Shown one piece after another: positions 23,701 to 36,185 of a stretch of 64,000 bases of DNA (position 1 is its first letter; every line of letters starts with the position of its first letter). The stretch spans positions 12,226,253 to 12,290,252 of the forward strand of contig NC_057752.1 of the NCBI RefSeq assembly GCF_004010195.1, written 5' to 3'. The notes below the pieces were generated by a model. That model worked only from the letters and a program-made list of their open reading frames with translations, was not told the origin of the DNA and made no database searches. This DNA comes from Chiloscyllium plagiosum (taxonomy: Eukaryota). A program made the position numbers and the translations under genes.

Positions 23701-24530
23701 AGTTAGGCGGAAAAGTGGCAGATGGCTTTCAATCCAGAAAAGTGTGAGGTGATGCATTTAGGCAAGTCTAGTTCTAGAGCGAATTATACAAATGAACAGA
23801 AGAGCCTTGGGAAAAGTTGATGGGCAGAAAGATCTGGGAGTGCAGGTTCATTGTACCCTGAAGGTTGCTGCACAGGTGGCATATAGTATGCTTGTCTTCA
23901 TTGGACAGGGTATTGAGTATAAGAGCTGGCAAGTCATGTTAAAATTGTACAATACATTGGTTTGGCTGCATTTAGAATACTGTTTACAGTTCTGGTCACC
24001 ACATTACCAAAAGGATGTGGACGCTTTGGAGAGGGTGCAGAGAAGGTTTATGAGGATGTTGTCGGGTATGGAAGGTGCGAGCTATGAAGACTGGTGGAGT
24101 AGGTTAGGTTTATTTTCACTAGAAAAAAAAAAGGAGATTGAGGTGGGATCTGACTGAGGTTTACAAAATCATAAAGGGTATAGACAGGGTGGATAGAGAC
24201 AAGCTTTTTCCCAGGGTGAAGGATTCAATAACGAGAGGCCACGCTTTCAAAAAGTGAGAGGTGGAACGTTTAAGGGGGATACACGCACCAAGTACTTCAC
24301 ACAGAGGGTGGTGGATATTTGGAAAGCATTGCCAGCAGAGGTGGTAGAGGCAGGCACAGTAGATTCATTTAAGATGCATCTGGACAGATGCACGAGTAGG
24401 TGGGGAGCAGAGGGATACAGATGCTTAGGAATTGACCAACAGGTTTAGCCAGGACATTTGGATCGGCTCAGGCTTGGAGGGCCGAAGGGCCAAAGGGCCT
24501 GTTCCTGGGCTGTAAATTTTCTTTGTTCTA
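20800..24530 (+). mobile_element. Near full-length CR1-clade LINE (5' UTR, ORF1, ORF2), inactivated
   Basis: ORF1 Cys motif (CLLMWE...YTCKKC) and SGNH esterase motifs (VMGDSIVR, DGLHL). ORF2 endonuclease (YRPP, MGDFNFP, SDHN) and RT (YMDFSKVFDKV, PQGSVLGP, FADD). 3' tail GGGCCTGTTCCTGGGCTGTA. Contains stops, frameshifts and an internal deletion. Confidence 0.92.
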
Positions 24531-25354
24531 TACCAAACACCTTCACTATCGACCTGTGACTCTACTTTCAAGAAACTATGAAGCTGCACTCCAAGGTCTC
24601 TTTGTTCAGCAACACTACCCAGGACCTTACCATTAAGTGTAGAAGTCCTGCTAAGATTTGCTTTCCCAAAATGCAGCACCTCGCATTTATCTGAATTAAA
24701 CTCCATCTGCCACTTCTCAGCCCATTGGCCCATCTGATCAAGATCGCATTGTATTGAGGTGACCTTTGCTGTCCACTACACCTCTAATTTTGGTGTCACC
24801 TACAAACTTACTAACTATAGCTCATATGCTCACATCCAAATCATTTTTATAAGTGATGAAAAGCAGTGGACCCAGCATGGATCCTCATGGCACACCAATG
24901 GTCACAGGCCTCCAGTCTGAAAAGTAACCCTCCACCACCACCCTATCTTCCAGAAGATCTATGGCTTATTGAAGTCCATATAGATCACATCCACTGTTCT
25001 GCCCTCAATCCTTTTTGTTACTTAAAGGAAAATCAAACTTGAGAGACATGATTTTCCATGCACAAAGCCATGCTGACCAGCTCTAATCAGCCCTTTTCTT
25101 TCCAAATCGATGTAAATCCAGTCCCTCAGGATTCCTTCCAACACCTTGCCCACCAGTAACGTCAGGCTCACTGGTCTATAGCTCCCTGGCTTTTCCTCAT
25201 CACCTTTAAATAGTGGCACCACGTTAGCCAACCTCCTATCTTCTAGCACCTCACCTGTGACTATCGATGATACAAGTATCTCAGCAAAGGGCCCAGCAGT
25301 CATTTCCCTCACTTCCCACAGTTCCAAGGTATACCTGATCAGGTTGTGGCAATT

Positions 25355-25642
25355 TAAATTAATTCCTTACAGTGTGGAAACAGGCCCTTTGGCCCAACAA
25401 GTCCACACCAAACCCTCCGAAGGAGTAACCCATCCAGACCCATTCCCCTCTGACCAATGCACCTAACACTCTGGGCAACTTAGCACGGCCAATTCACTGC
25501 ACCTGCAGAGCTCTGGATTGTGGAAGAAAACCCACTCAGACACCGGGAGAATGTGCAAACTCCACAGACAGTTGCCAGAGGCTGGAATCGTACCCGGGTC
25601 CCTGGTGTTGTGAGGGAGCAGTGCTAACCACTGAGCCTCCGT
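25355..25642 (-). mobile_element. HE1-type SINE nested in CR1
   Basis: Reverse-complement HE1 head, V-domain and tail. Confidence 0.85.
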
Positions 25643-26505
25643 ACAAACTTATCCACTTTTATGCATTTCAAGACATCCAACAATGCCTCCTCTGTAATAT
25701 AGAGATTTTAAGATGTCATCATCTATTTCCCCACATTCGATATCTTCCATGTCTTTCTCCACAGTAAGCACAGATGCAAAATACTCATTTAGTATCTCCC
25801 ATCTCCTGTGGCTCCACCCATGGGCTACCTTGCTGATCTTTAGAGGGGCCCTATTCTCTCCCTAGTTACCCTTTTCGTCCTTAAATGTATTTATAAACCT
25901 TAGCTTTGGCAAATAAGGTTAAGGAGAATCTCTCTCAAGTCCCTTTTTGCCCTCCTGATTTCCCTCTTCTGTATACTCCTTTATACGGAGGATTCATTGG
26001 ATTTCTCGTCTATACCCAACATATGCTTCCTCCTTTTTCTTAACCAAACCCTCAATTTCTCCAGTCATCCAGCATTCCCTACACCTACCAGCCTTTCATT
26101 TCACCCTAACAGGAATATACTGTCTACGGACTCATTATCTCATTTCTGAAAGGCTTCCCATTTTCCAGCCATCCCTTTACCTGCGAGCATCTGTCCCCAA
26201 ATCAGCTTTCGAAAGTTCTCAACTAATGTACCAAAATTGGCCTTCATCCAATTTAGAACTTCAACAGTTAGATCCAGTCTCTCCTTTTCCATCACTATTT
26301 TAAATCTCAGAATTATGGTCACTGACCCTAAGGTGCTCCCCCACTGACACCTCAGTCACCTGTCCTGCCTTATTTCCTAAGAGTAGGTAAAGTCTTGCAC
26401 CTTCTCTAGTAGGTACATCCACATACTGACTCAGAAAATTGTCTTGTACACAGTTAAATTCCTCTTCATCTAAATCCTTAACGCTATGGCAATCCCACTA
26501 TTTGT

Positions 26506-26624
26506 GAGTTGAGAAGATTTGTAGCTCTGGTTGAGGTTCTGGATGTCGGTTCGCTTGCTGAGCTAAAAAAGGGTTTGTTTTTTGTTAAACAAATCTCACA
26601 GCTCAGCGAGCAAACCTACATCCA
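26506..26624. mobile_element. Small Penelope pseudo-LTR fold-back remnant nested in CR1
   Basis: GGATGTCGGTTCGCTTGCTGAGCT / AGCTCAGCGAGCAAACCTACATCC inverted arms, similar to the ends of 54280-54770. Confidence 0.6.
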
Positions 26625-28532
26625 AGTCCCAGTCTATGCTTGGAAAGTTAAAATCCCCTCCTGTAACCACCCTATATTCTTACTGATAGAAATCTCCTTA
26701 CAAAGGTTTCTCAAGTTCTGACTATTAGGGGGATTGAGAATAAAATCCCAAGGTGACCCTTGTCTTATTTCTCAGTTCCACCCACATAACTTGCCTGGAT
26801 GTATTCCCAAGAATATCCTCTCTAAAGTACATCAGTATTGCTATCCCTTGTCAAAAACTCCACTCCACCTCCTTTTGCCTCCCTTTCTATCCTTCCTGTA
26901 GCATTTGTAGCCTGGAACATTAAGCTGCCAGTCCTGTCCATCCCTGAGCCATGTTCTTGTAATAGCTATGATACCCCAGTCCCTAACCATGCCCGGAGTT
27001 CATCTGCCTTCCCGGTTAGGCCTCTTGCATCGAAGTAAATGCAGTTTAATTTCAGTCCTACCTTGTTCTGCTTTGTTGCTGCCTGCTCGGACTTCTCAAC
27101 TGTACTAGTCTCATTAATCTTTCCTCAGTATCTCCCTAGGTCCCACCCCCTCCCCAACCTTGGAGTTGGTGTGCACCATCATTGCATAATCCAGTTACTT
27201 GCATCGGACATTTTACAGGAGCATAAAGGTGAGCTTGCATAATTTAGTGGATGCTATTTAGAAGCTGATACTGCTGTACATCATATAGAAGCTAGCTACA
27301 CAACAGCTGTACTAGAAATGCTAGACTACTTCAATCAGCAGGACTACTCGCTCCCTCCCTCTCAGATATCAGCTATTCTTTACAGTAGACATACAAGTAA
27401 ATGCAGTAGTCTTCTACAGCCAGGAGTGAATTGTTGGCTTTTTTCCACCGTGCACTACAGGCTGGGAGGGGAAAGGGAGGTGTAGGCTTGTTCTCACTAT
27501 GACTGATAGAACTTCAGATTTCCTACATGTTTTGAAAGACACTTTTGCAAAGACAGTCTATATTGAATTTCTGGGTACTTATTATGAAATCAAACCAACG
27601 GTCTGGATTTTGTGAGTGGAGACCAGAGAGCTCACAAAATAAAGAGCTAAATTCCTTTCCCTTTAACTGCAGGGGCAGAAAGCAAAGTGAACTCAAATTT
27701 TTAGATGTGGGAGTAGTGCTGCAATTTAAGATGATACCATAATTAAAAATTAAGCCATTAGGCTCACAAGAATTACATTCTGGCACATTTAGTACTACAT
27801 CAATCCTCTCATTCTTGGTATGCTGGCATTATGAAGCTGACATTTTTTGACCATCAAGTTATCCTGAAAAAGTGGAGGAGAATAATCTGCTGGAGGAGTT
27901 TCTTGCAGTTTGATAGACTTAAGGTAGTAAGGAATCAACCATGCAGGTGAGAGACTGGAATCACAGGACTAGGTAATAACAGTAGGTTTTATTTAAAGTC
28001 ACTTTAATGTAATCCTTTTATTGACAAGAATTTAATGCCCAGTCTTTTTCTAGAAAAAACACGGACTTTAAAATGTTTGCTCCCCTGAAAGCACTATGGG
28101 GAATATTTGACAGTATGGGTGAGAAGGGGATGTCTGGCTGCTCACCAAACCTCAAAAGTATTTTTCCAGGAGAGAATGGTGCCTTTCCAATTACTTTTAA
28201 AATGGCTAGATAACAACTGGTGTTACCAGAAAGCTGGTGTGAGGAAATAGTTGTACAAATATTGGGTGTGACACAAAAGGCACTTACCAAATAACCTAGG
28301 AGTCTGGTGACATGTCCAGGTCAGAGGTGAGTCATGTCCATTACAACATGTAATCTACTTGCATATTTGAGTATAGATTTAGACATACAAGATTACTCAA
28401 ATATTATTATTCCAGTGCTAAAGCAGATGCAATAGCAGCAGTGGATAAAAATTGTTTGCTCCAAGCCACAAGGGAAGATTCCAGAAATATCAACTGCATG
28501 TTAGCTCTGGAGGGTAGGTGTCCAGTGACTAG

Positions 28533-28677
28533 ATAAAAACCCCAAAAAGAACAGTAGATGCTGGAAATCAAACCAAACAAAATGCTGAAAGAGCTCAGCA
28601 GGTCTGGAATATCTGTGGAGACAAATCAAGAGTTAAATGTTTCAGGTCCAGGGACCATTCCTCTAACAAATCAGTTA
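28533..28677 (-). mobile_element. Short Penelope-derived element with 14-bp TSD
   Basis: TGTCCAGTGACTAG is duplicated at 28519-28532 and 28678-28691. Interior has AGATGCTGGAAATC...CTCAGCAGGTCTGG, related to the fold-back family. Confidence 0.6.
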
Positions 28678-29024
28678 TGTCCAGTGACTAGGGCAAGTTC
28701 AGAAGCTACCAAGCTACACAGGTTTTGGTTGAGCAAGCTTTCTTGCAGTTAAAGAAGTGTCCAATGCAAAGCACATCTTATTCCACATTTGCTGTATTGA
28801 GCCATTGTATCCTACACTAATTTCTTTATTCAAAGGCTGCCCTTCTATTCACTTTCCCATTTATCACCACAGGAATGGTAATCTAGTAGTATCTCAATTT
28901 AAAGCTTAAGACTTGACATTACTCCAAAACATCAAGAGGCTTTATCCCACTTTTCATGCAGTCCTGAGCAGAATAGCCCAATAGGCAGCATTCCTCAGCA
29001 CTAATGCCCAACTGCAGAACCAGG

Positions 29025-29312
29025 AGGCCAGCATGGTTGCTCAATGGTCAGTACTGCTGCCTCACAGCACAACAGATCCAGGTTCAATTCCACCCTCAGA
29101 CCACCATCTGCATGGAGTTTGCATGTTCTCCTTGTGTCTGGACTGTGGGAGGAAACCCACAAAGATGTGCAGGCAGGTGCCAGATTGCCCATAGCATCTA
29201 GAGATATGCCAATTAGGGTGTTGGCTATAGGTAGGATAAGGGGCAGGATCTGGGTGGGTGCTCTTCAGTGCTGGTGTGGACATGGTCCAAATGGACTGTT
29301 GTTTCAACATAG
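29025..29312 (+). mobile_element. HE1-type SINE, old
   Basis: Decayed head, B box GGTTCAATTCC and V-domain. Confidence 0.7.
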
Positions 29313-29599
29313 GTAATAATTGCAGGATTACCACTGAACCAAGAGCTAAAAATGGCAATGGGTTGATAAGGTTAAGTAGGTAAATGTGTGGCTCAAGAGA
29401 TTGGTTTGGGAGATATGGGTTTGAATTCATGGGACATTGGTCTCAGCACAGGTGAGATGAAGAGCATCACATCAGATCAGGTTCTATCCTAGTACTGGTG
29501 CATCGAGTCCAAGTGAATAGCGTAACTAATTACTCTAATTAGGAGACAGTGAGGAGAGAGCACAAGAGAAAATTGACTGGGATGTGGTGAAGGACAGTG

Positions 29600-31130
29600 G
29601 GAAAGCTTGTTAAGCTTTTCATCCGAGACCATTCTCATGAACCTCTGAGCAGGCCCCAGGGTCAGTACATCCTTCCTAAGATAAATCAGGCCCAAAACTA
29701 TGCAGTATTCCAAATGTGGCCTAACCATAGGATGTATTTTGGAGACTGTGAGGCTAACTACCGAGTCAAGCTTCTTTCCATGCTAGCACCTTGCCTGACA
29801 CCATGGGTGCTTATTGTACTCAGCCTCCTGTGCAGCACCTCAAAGGCCTTCTTGAAGCCCAGGTAGATAACATCCATTAGTTCATCTTTGTCTAACACAT
29901 CACTTCCTTAGAATTCTAGCAGATTTATCAGGCATCATCTCCCCTCAAATTAAACTATGCTGACTTTGCCCTATTCCAAATGTTCAGAAATCTCAACCTT
30001 CACAAGAATCTTACCCACAGCCAGTCTGTAATTTTCCATCTTTTGCCTTACTCCTTTTAAAGAGAGAGGTTACACTGAGGATTTTCCAGTCCTCTGGGAC
30101 CCTTCCTATTTCTGAAAGATTGCCACTAATGCCGTTGCCATCTCCCCTCGGACTCCGGTGCAGTCCATCTGGTCCAGGTGATATCTACCTTCAGGTTCTT
30201 CTAGCACCTTCTCCTTGGTGCTGGCCACCATACTCAACTCTGCCCAATCACTTGAATTTTTGGGATATTACTTTTATCTTCCACTGAATACTGATGCAAA
30301 GTAATTATCCAGTTCCTCAGCCATTTCCTCATTTCCCCATTATCTCCAGTGTCACTTTCCAACAGCTCAACGTACACATTTGCCTTTAAAGGGCATCTTA
30401 GTCTTCCTTTTATATCATGGCTAGCTTACCCTAATTATCTTTTTTGTTGCTGTCTTTGCAAGCTTCCTAATCCTCTAGTTTCCCACATTTTTGGCTTTTA
30501 TGCTAGCCCCGACTTTCCCAGTCAGCCATGGTTACCTCATCCTCTCTACTATGCTTCTTTCTGTGAAGATTTTCTGCCGTCTCCTGAATTACTCCCAGAA
30601 ACTCCTGCCATTGCTGTCCCACTGTCTTTCCTTCTAGGCTCCTTTCCTAGCCAATTCTACTCAGCTCCTCCCTCATGCTTTAGTTGCCTTTATTCAGCTG
30701 TGATTCCAATTCTCTTCTCCCTCAAATTGCAGAGGAAGTTTGATCATATGATCACTAAGGGTTCCTTCACCTGAAGCTCCCTGATCAAGTCTACCTCCTT
30801 GCACAACAAATCCAGTATTGCCTGTTCCCTGGTGGGCTCCACCACAAGCTGCTCTAAAAAGCCAACTTTTTGACATTCCACAGTTTCTGGCAATCCACTA
30901 CCAACCTGGTTTTCCCAGTCCACATACATAGAACATCGAATACAGCACAGAACAGGCCAGTCGGCCCTCGATGTTGCACCAACGTGTGAACTATTCTCAG
31001 CTCATCCCCCCTACACTATCCCAAAATCCCCCAATGCTTATCAAAGCATTGTTTCAATTTCCCTAATGTGGCTGAGACCACTTAATGTAGTCTCTCCCTC
31101 AATCATTTATACCCTCAAAGTATCCCACTT
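29600..31130 (-). mobile_element. Decayed CR1-clade LINE fragments
   Basis: VRPHLEYC, FLEQLVVEPTREQAILDL, SDHMI. Confidence 0.7.
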
Positions 31131-31469
31131 TCTTGGAGCCAATTGCATATTTGAGACCAGGAAGCCCGGTCACCTTTCCACACACCAGCTACTTATTGCT
31201 AACCAAGTCTCCATTCACACATCAGCTCCAACTCCATTTCATCTGTACCTAGGCTATCCCCATGGCTTGAATCACTGGTGCAAAAGTTAAGTGCTGTAAG
31301 CGTTCAACAATCCCTGGCTTTTAAGTCAGCCTTCTTCCCATTTCAGTTCAAATTTGAATATCCATAATACCACCCAACTGGAATCCTTTATTCGACTTAG
31401 TAGTGACCATGTGGTATTCATTAAAATGGAGAGTGACAGTTGAATCCAAGACTAGGACCCTGCACACAA

Positions 31470-32390
31470 GCTAACTTTGATGGTACGAAGCATGCATTGG
31501 CTAGGATAAGCTGGCCACAGATAAGGGTTGACTGTGGATAGTCAATAGCAGACATTTAAAGACATGGATAAACTTCAAATTGTACATTCCTGTCTGGCAT
31601 AAGAGTAAAAACAGGGAAGGTGGCTCAACTATGGTTAATGAGGGAAATAGGGATACTGTTAAAGTCAGAGGTGGAATGTAAATTGACGAGAAAAAACAGC
31701 AACCTAGAGGCCTGGGAAAAAAAAAATTAAATTCAGCAGGGCTCAATTCCGAAAAGGGAAAAAAAAGACTAAGCTTGCAGAAAACAACTGACTGCAAAAA
31801 CTTCTACAAATATGTAGAAGAGAAAAAGACTAGTGAAGATAAACATAGGTCCCTTGCAGTCAGAATCAGGTGAACTTTAAGAGATGGCAGACCAGTTCTG
31901 GGAACTCAGCTGTTCACAATATATTAATGATTTAGACAAAGGAATTGAATGCCATACCTCAATTTGCAGATAACACTAATCCAGGTGGCAGCATTTGCAG
32001 AGGAGGATACCAAGAGGCTGCAGGGTGACGTGGATAGACTGGCTAAGTGGGCAAATGGAACATAATGTTGATAAATGTTAGGTTCACAAAAACAAGGCAG
32101 ATCATCAAAATGGTGGCAGTTTAGGGAAAAAAAAAAGTGAAGTGTAAATGAAACCTGGGTGTCATGGAGGAACAGTGAAGCTTGGCATGCAGCTGTAGCA
32201 GGCCGTGAGGAGTGTTCACCTTCATAGAAGAGGATAGAGTATGGAGCAGGGTGCCTTACTACACAGTTATCCTGGTGTGGCCTCACCAAGGCCCATTGTG
32301 CACAGTTTTGGACTCCTGGACGGAGGAGGGACATTTTTGCAATTGAGGGGGCCCAACAGGTTCACCAGACTGATTCCTGAGATGGAGACA
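31470..32390 (+). mobile_element. Decayed CR1-clade LINE fragment
   Basis: PWLT-like linker, KNFYKYV, LFTIYINDLD and VQFW relics. Confidence 0.65.
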
Positions 32391-32517
32391 GTGAGGTCAG
32401 CAGATGCTGGAGATCAGAGTTGAGAGCGTGTGTTGCTGGAAAAAGCACAGGTCAGGCAGCAGGGAAAAACAAACAAACATTGAGCTGGAACCCTTCATCA
32501 AGAACCTCATTTCCTGA
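32385..32517 (-). mobile_element. Penelope-derived element, single arm
   Basis: GCAGATGCTGGAGATCAGAG...GCTGGAAAAAGCACAGGTCAGGCAGC...CCCTTCATCA. Confidence 0.65.
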
Positions 32518-35500
32518 TTACAACTAAGGTTACAACTTACATCCACATGCAAGACCTTCTGGATCAGGCTGAGAATGTCAGCTTCTTTCTCCCCCACTAT
32601 TTTGTGGGATCAAGGGATCATTAGAACTTCTTTATAATTGAAAAAGACTATTCATCTTTGAATAGATGCAAGCAGACATTGCTGTATGTTAAATTCCACT
32701 TATTTTGCATGCTACAATAAATCCATTTTTGTAAAGTTATTCAAAGCCTTACAATTTTTTCATGATCTTCAATAGATGGATGACTAGTTAATGTTGATAC
32801 GACAAAGTTGCATTTGTTGAATATATTACTTTCCCTCCCAGGCCTCAGCAAAATCAGGATGGTCTGTTGGTGTCTTAAGTGCTAAATTCTAGAGAATACC
32901 AAAATCTGCCTAACAAGAGCTTGGAAACATTTGCATTGATAAGTTAGTAATAGGCTGTATGATGTCATAACTAACCATTTAAGACAAATTAACAGGTGCA
33001 CTATTTTGGCACCAATAAAAGAATGGGCATTGCTGTGCTCACTAAGTTAGTGGTTCCTAGTCGTACAATTTTAAAGATTCTTGGGGGACTGAAGGACAGT
33101 ACAACTACTGTGAAGGACAAGGCAAGCAAATTTGAAAACAGGAATGAGACTTTCAGGGAGGTGTTGCAGCCTTTAGGACCAGGATAACATTTTTACCTAA
33201 TGACTGTCTTGTGAAATCAACCCTTTGGGACATACTTTTAACTTGTATAGCACCTTTAACAATAGTTATAACAGTTACCCAGGACAGGAGTTGCAATGTA
33301 TTCAAAACCCTTTTCATGTAGTGACCATATCTCAAACTTCAATTGTGCATTTTAGAAAATTCTAGAGAAACTATACTTCATTTTTGCTTCTGCCTTTAGT
33401 CTGGCTGTAATAAGTCTGAAAATCAACTATCCTCCAGTTGCATACAGATCTTAAGTAAAAAAAGTGCACTGTTAGGCCACTATACCTTGCTTCCAAAGCC
33501 CACATGCAAGTCATTTTGTTACAGCAAGTTTGCATTGGCAGAATTGTTAGACCACGATTGATGAATTAAGGACATTTCTAAAGTCTTCAAAATGGGCTGA
33601 CTAATGAGATTACAGCACCAATACTTTTAATTGCTGTTTTTAAAGCACAATTTTTCAATAATGTGGGGTTGCACAAGAACCACCATCACGTTTATAGAAC
33701 TAATTAGAATGTTTTGCATCTAGCGTGCAGCTGCAGTGACACTTTGAAGGCAGCAGACCTCAAAAGCAAATCTTGAATTCTTAACTCAATTTGTAAATGT
33801 TGCACCCCAAAGTGCTTAAAGTCCATAGGGCAAAAATGATGGAGGTTTCAGTAATTACACAAGCCAAACGTGGGGTTGACTGGGTGTCAGTGTGCAGGAG
33901 TAAGTTAATGCTATGTTTTGATTCATTTTTCCCTCAATTCCTCCCCCTCAACTGCTTTTTTCCCCACAGAACTTTAAAATTTTCCTCCCATGGAAGCCTT
34001 CCCTTCTGGCTTGGGGCTTCAACTGAAATTTAATGATTGAAAATTTATAGCTAAAGCCAACAATTCAGTGTTGGCAGGAGTGTCATCATGACAACTTGGA
34101 GTCCAACAGGAGCAGAAAAAAATTACAATATCCAGATTACTTGTACAACATGGACTGCCATGGTGCAGACAAAAAACAAACAAACAAACAGGAAAGGGAA
34201 CATTTTCTTGCCTCCATGGTATTGAGCATCTGGGTGCAAAGTACCTGATCATTGGGCTGGTCAGAGCATAGCCCTGACAAAAATCAGTGGTTTTCTTTTA
34301 TCACTTAATTTGAATAGAAGAATCATTGAGTCAAGCAGCAGTGTCAGAGCTGACATTTCAGGTTAGAGACTGAAAGCTGAAACACCCATCAGGTCCATGC
34401 TGGTCAAAAAAACAACTATTGTAACCTGTCTGTCCAATCTCTCCATAACAAAACATTCCAGACCACATCCTGGTAAATCTCTGCACCCTCCAACGTGGAT
34501 TCCAGAACTGTACACAATACTGTGGCATAACCAGCTATTTTTTTTTTTAAAATACAGTTCCAACATCTCCAAACTCTTAAAATTTATGCTTTGACCAGTA
34601 AGCTGAACACCATGGAGAGATCAGTGTATAATTCAGGGAATTTGGAAGCAGTGTGGACAGTTTTGGGGGGGGAGGGAGGAAGAGAAAAGGGCTGCTTTTT
34701 GGCTCAGTTTAGGAGACTTTATACAGGATAAATTGAAAGATAGGATCAGGGGCCTAGCACAAAAAAGGTGACATAGGGAAACAAAGTTCATTTGGTGGGA
34801 ATAGTGACCAATTTGATTATAGGTTGCTTTCAGATTGAAGTTAAAAAGAGCAAATATTTGCAGGTACAAACAGAAGGAAGCTTTGATAAATCAAGTTAAC
34901 AAGTAAATAAAAATAGAGATGCCCAGCCAAGCAATGTGCTGTAACTGCATGATGTGGGAGCTGGCACACCCCAATGTGGTTTATAGTGACCACATCTGTA
35001 GCAAATGTTGGCTGCTTGAGGAACTCCAAGTTAGTATTAAGCTCGGACTCCAGCTCATTAACGGTATGACACATCAGGGAGGGGGAAAAACAAAATAAAA
35101 AAGTGTTACTTGGACAGTTTCATGAGACAGTCACACCCTCAATTTTATCAATTGTTAGGGATAGGAGTGAAACTATGAACAAGCAGGTAGAGTTGAGGGT
35201 GCCTCAGCAATTGAGGCTGTCTAACAGATTCAAAATTCTTGCTGTGTGGATAAGAGCTGGGGCTGTAGGGAGGATAGGCAAACTGTTCATTAGCATTATG
35301 GTACAGGGAACAGGGAGGAGAGAAATGTAGTTGCAAATAGGGATAAGTCAGGAAATAGACACTGTTCTGTAGCTAGGTTTGAGAGATCTGAAAGCTGTGT
35401 TACCTACCTGGGTTCAGGATTTCTCATTTGGGCTGCAGAGGAACTTGAAGTGGGTGAAGTTTTAGTTATGGCCTAGGGAGGTACCCACAAATCTAGGAAG

Positions 35501-35801
35501 GAAGAAGAAAGGGGTTCTGCTGAGGGAATACGAGCAGCTAGGGCCAAGTTAAAAAGCCAGACTGGACTACTTGAGCCATGGGCAAATTGGCACAGGGTCA
35601 ACAAGATTAGCGGTAAACATGGGCTCAGACAGACAGGTTGAATTCATTGGACATTGGCACCATTAATGGTGCCAGAGGGAGCTATTCCAATGGGACAGAC
35701 TTCACCTCAAATCATGCTGGAACCAGGATGAATTGCATAATTAAGCACTGTGGATGGGTTTTGAAAGTAAAGAGTGGGGGCAGGTTCAGGTGCTATTCAA
35801 G

Positions 35802-35943
35802 CTTTAAAATGTTTTGCTGGAAAAGCACAGCAGGTCAGGCAGCAAAGGAACGGAGAATCGATGTTTCAGGCACAGGCTGTGCTTTTCCAGCAACACATTA
35901 AGCTCTGATCACCAGCATTTGCAGTCCTCACTTTCTCCTAGAT
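35802..35943. mobile_element. Penelope-derived fold-back element
   Basis: Arms AATGTTTTGCTGGAAAAGCACAG / CTGTGCTTTTCCAGCAACACATT. TSD TATTCAAG at 35794 and 35944. Confidence 0.65.
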
Positions 35944-36185
35944 TATTCAAGTTTCCAGACAAAGTATAGGACAGAGCATGGAAAGGGCATCAGGAATTTA
36001 ACTTCAGGCAGATAAAGGGAACAACAACGAGAAGGGGTGGCAGTCAACATAGGACTGAGGGTGCTTACTTAAATGCTCAAGTATATGAAATAAAACAATA
36101 AGGGAGTTTATAGTACAGTTTGAAATTGGTAGTTACGTTCTCTCAAAATGTGGCTGCAAGGGGATCAGGGCTGGGAACTAAATAT

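Larger units (their letters stand above)
19864..27160 (-). mobile_element. CR1/HER1-like LINE (EN-RT to 3' end), split by younger insertions
   Basis: 3' end at 19864-20800 resumes at about 24531 with WAEKWQMEFNSDKCEVLHFG, SYRPVSLT and EN-region sequence to about 27160. Confidence 0.8.

Noticed and set aside
20800..24530. Active autonomous CR1
   Set aside because: Multiple stops and frameshifts and an internal deletion.
27523..28290. ORFs of 87 and 90 aa in unique sequence
   Set aside because: No recognisable domain, composition typical of AT-rich non-coding DNA, and no splice sites bounding them.
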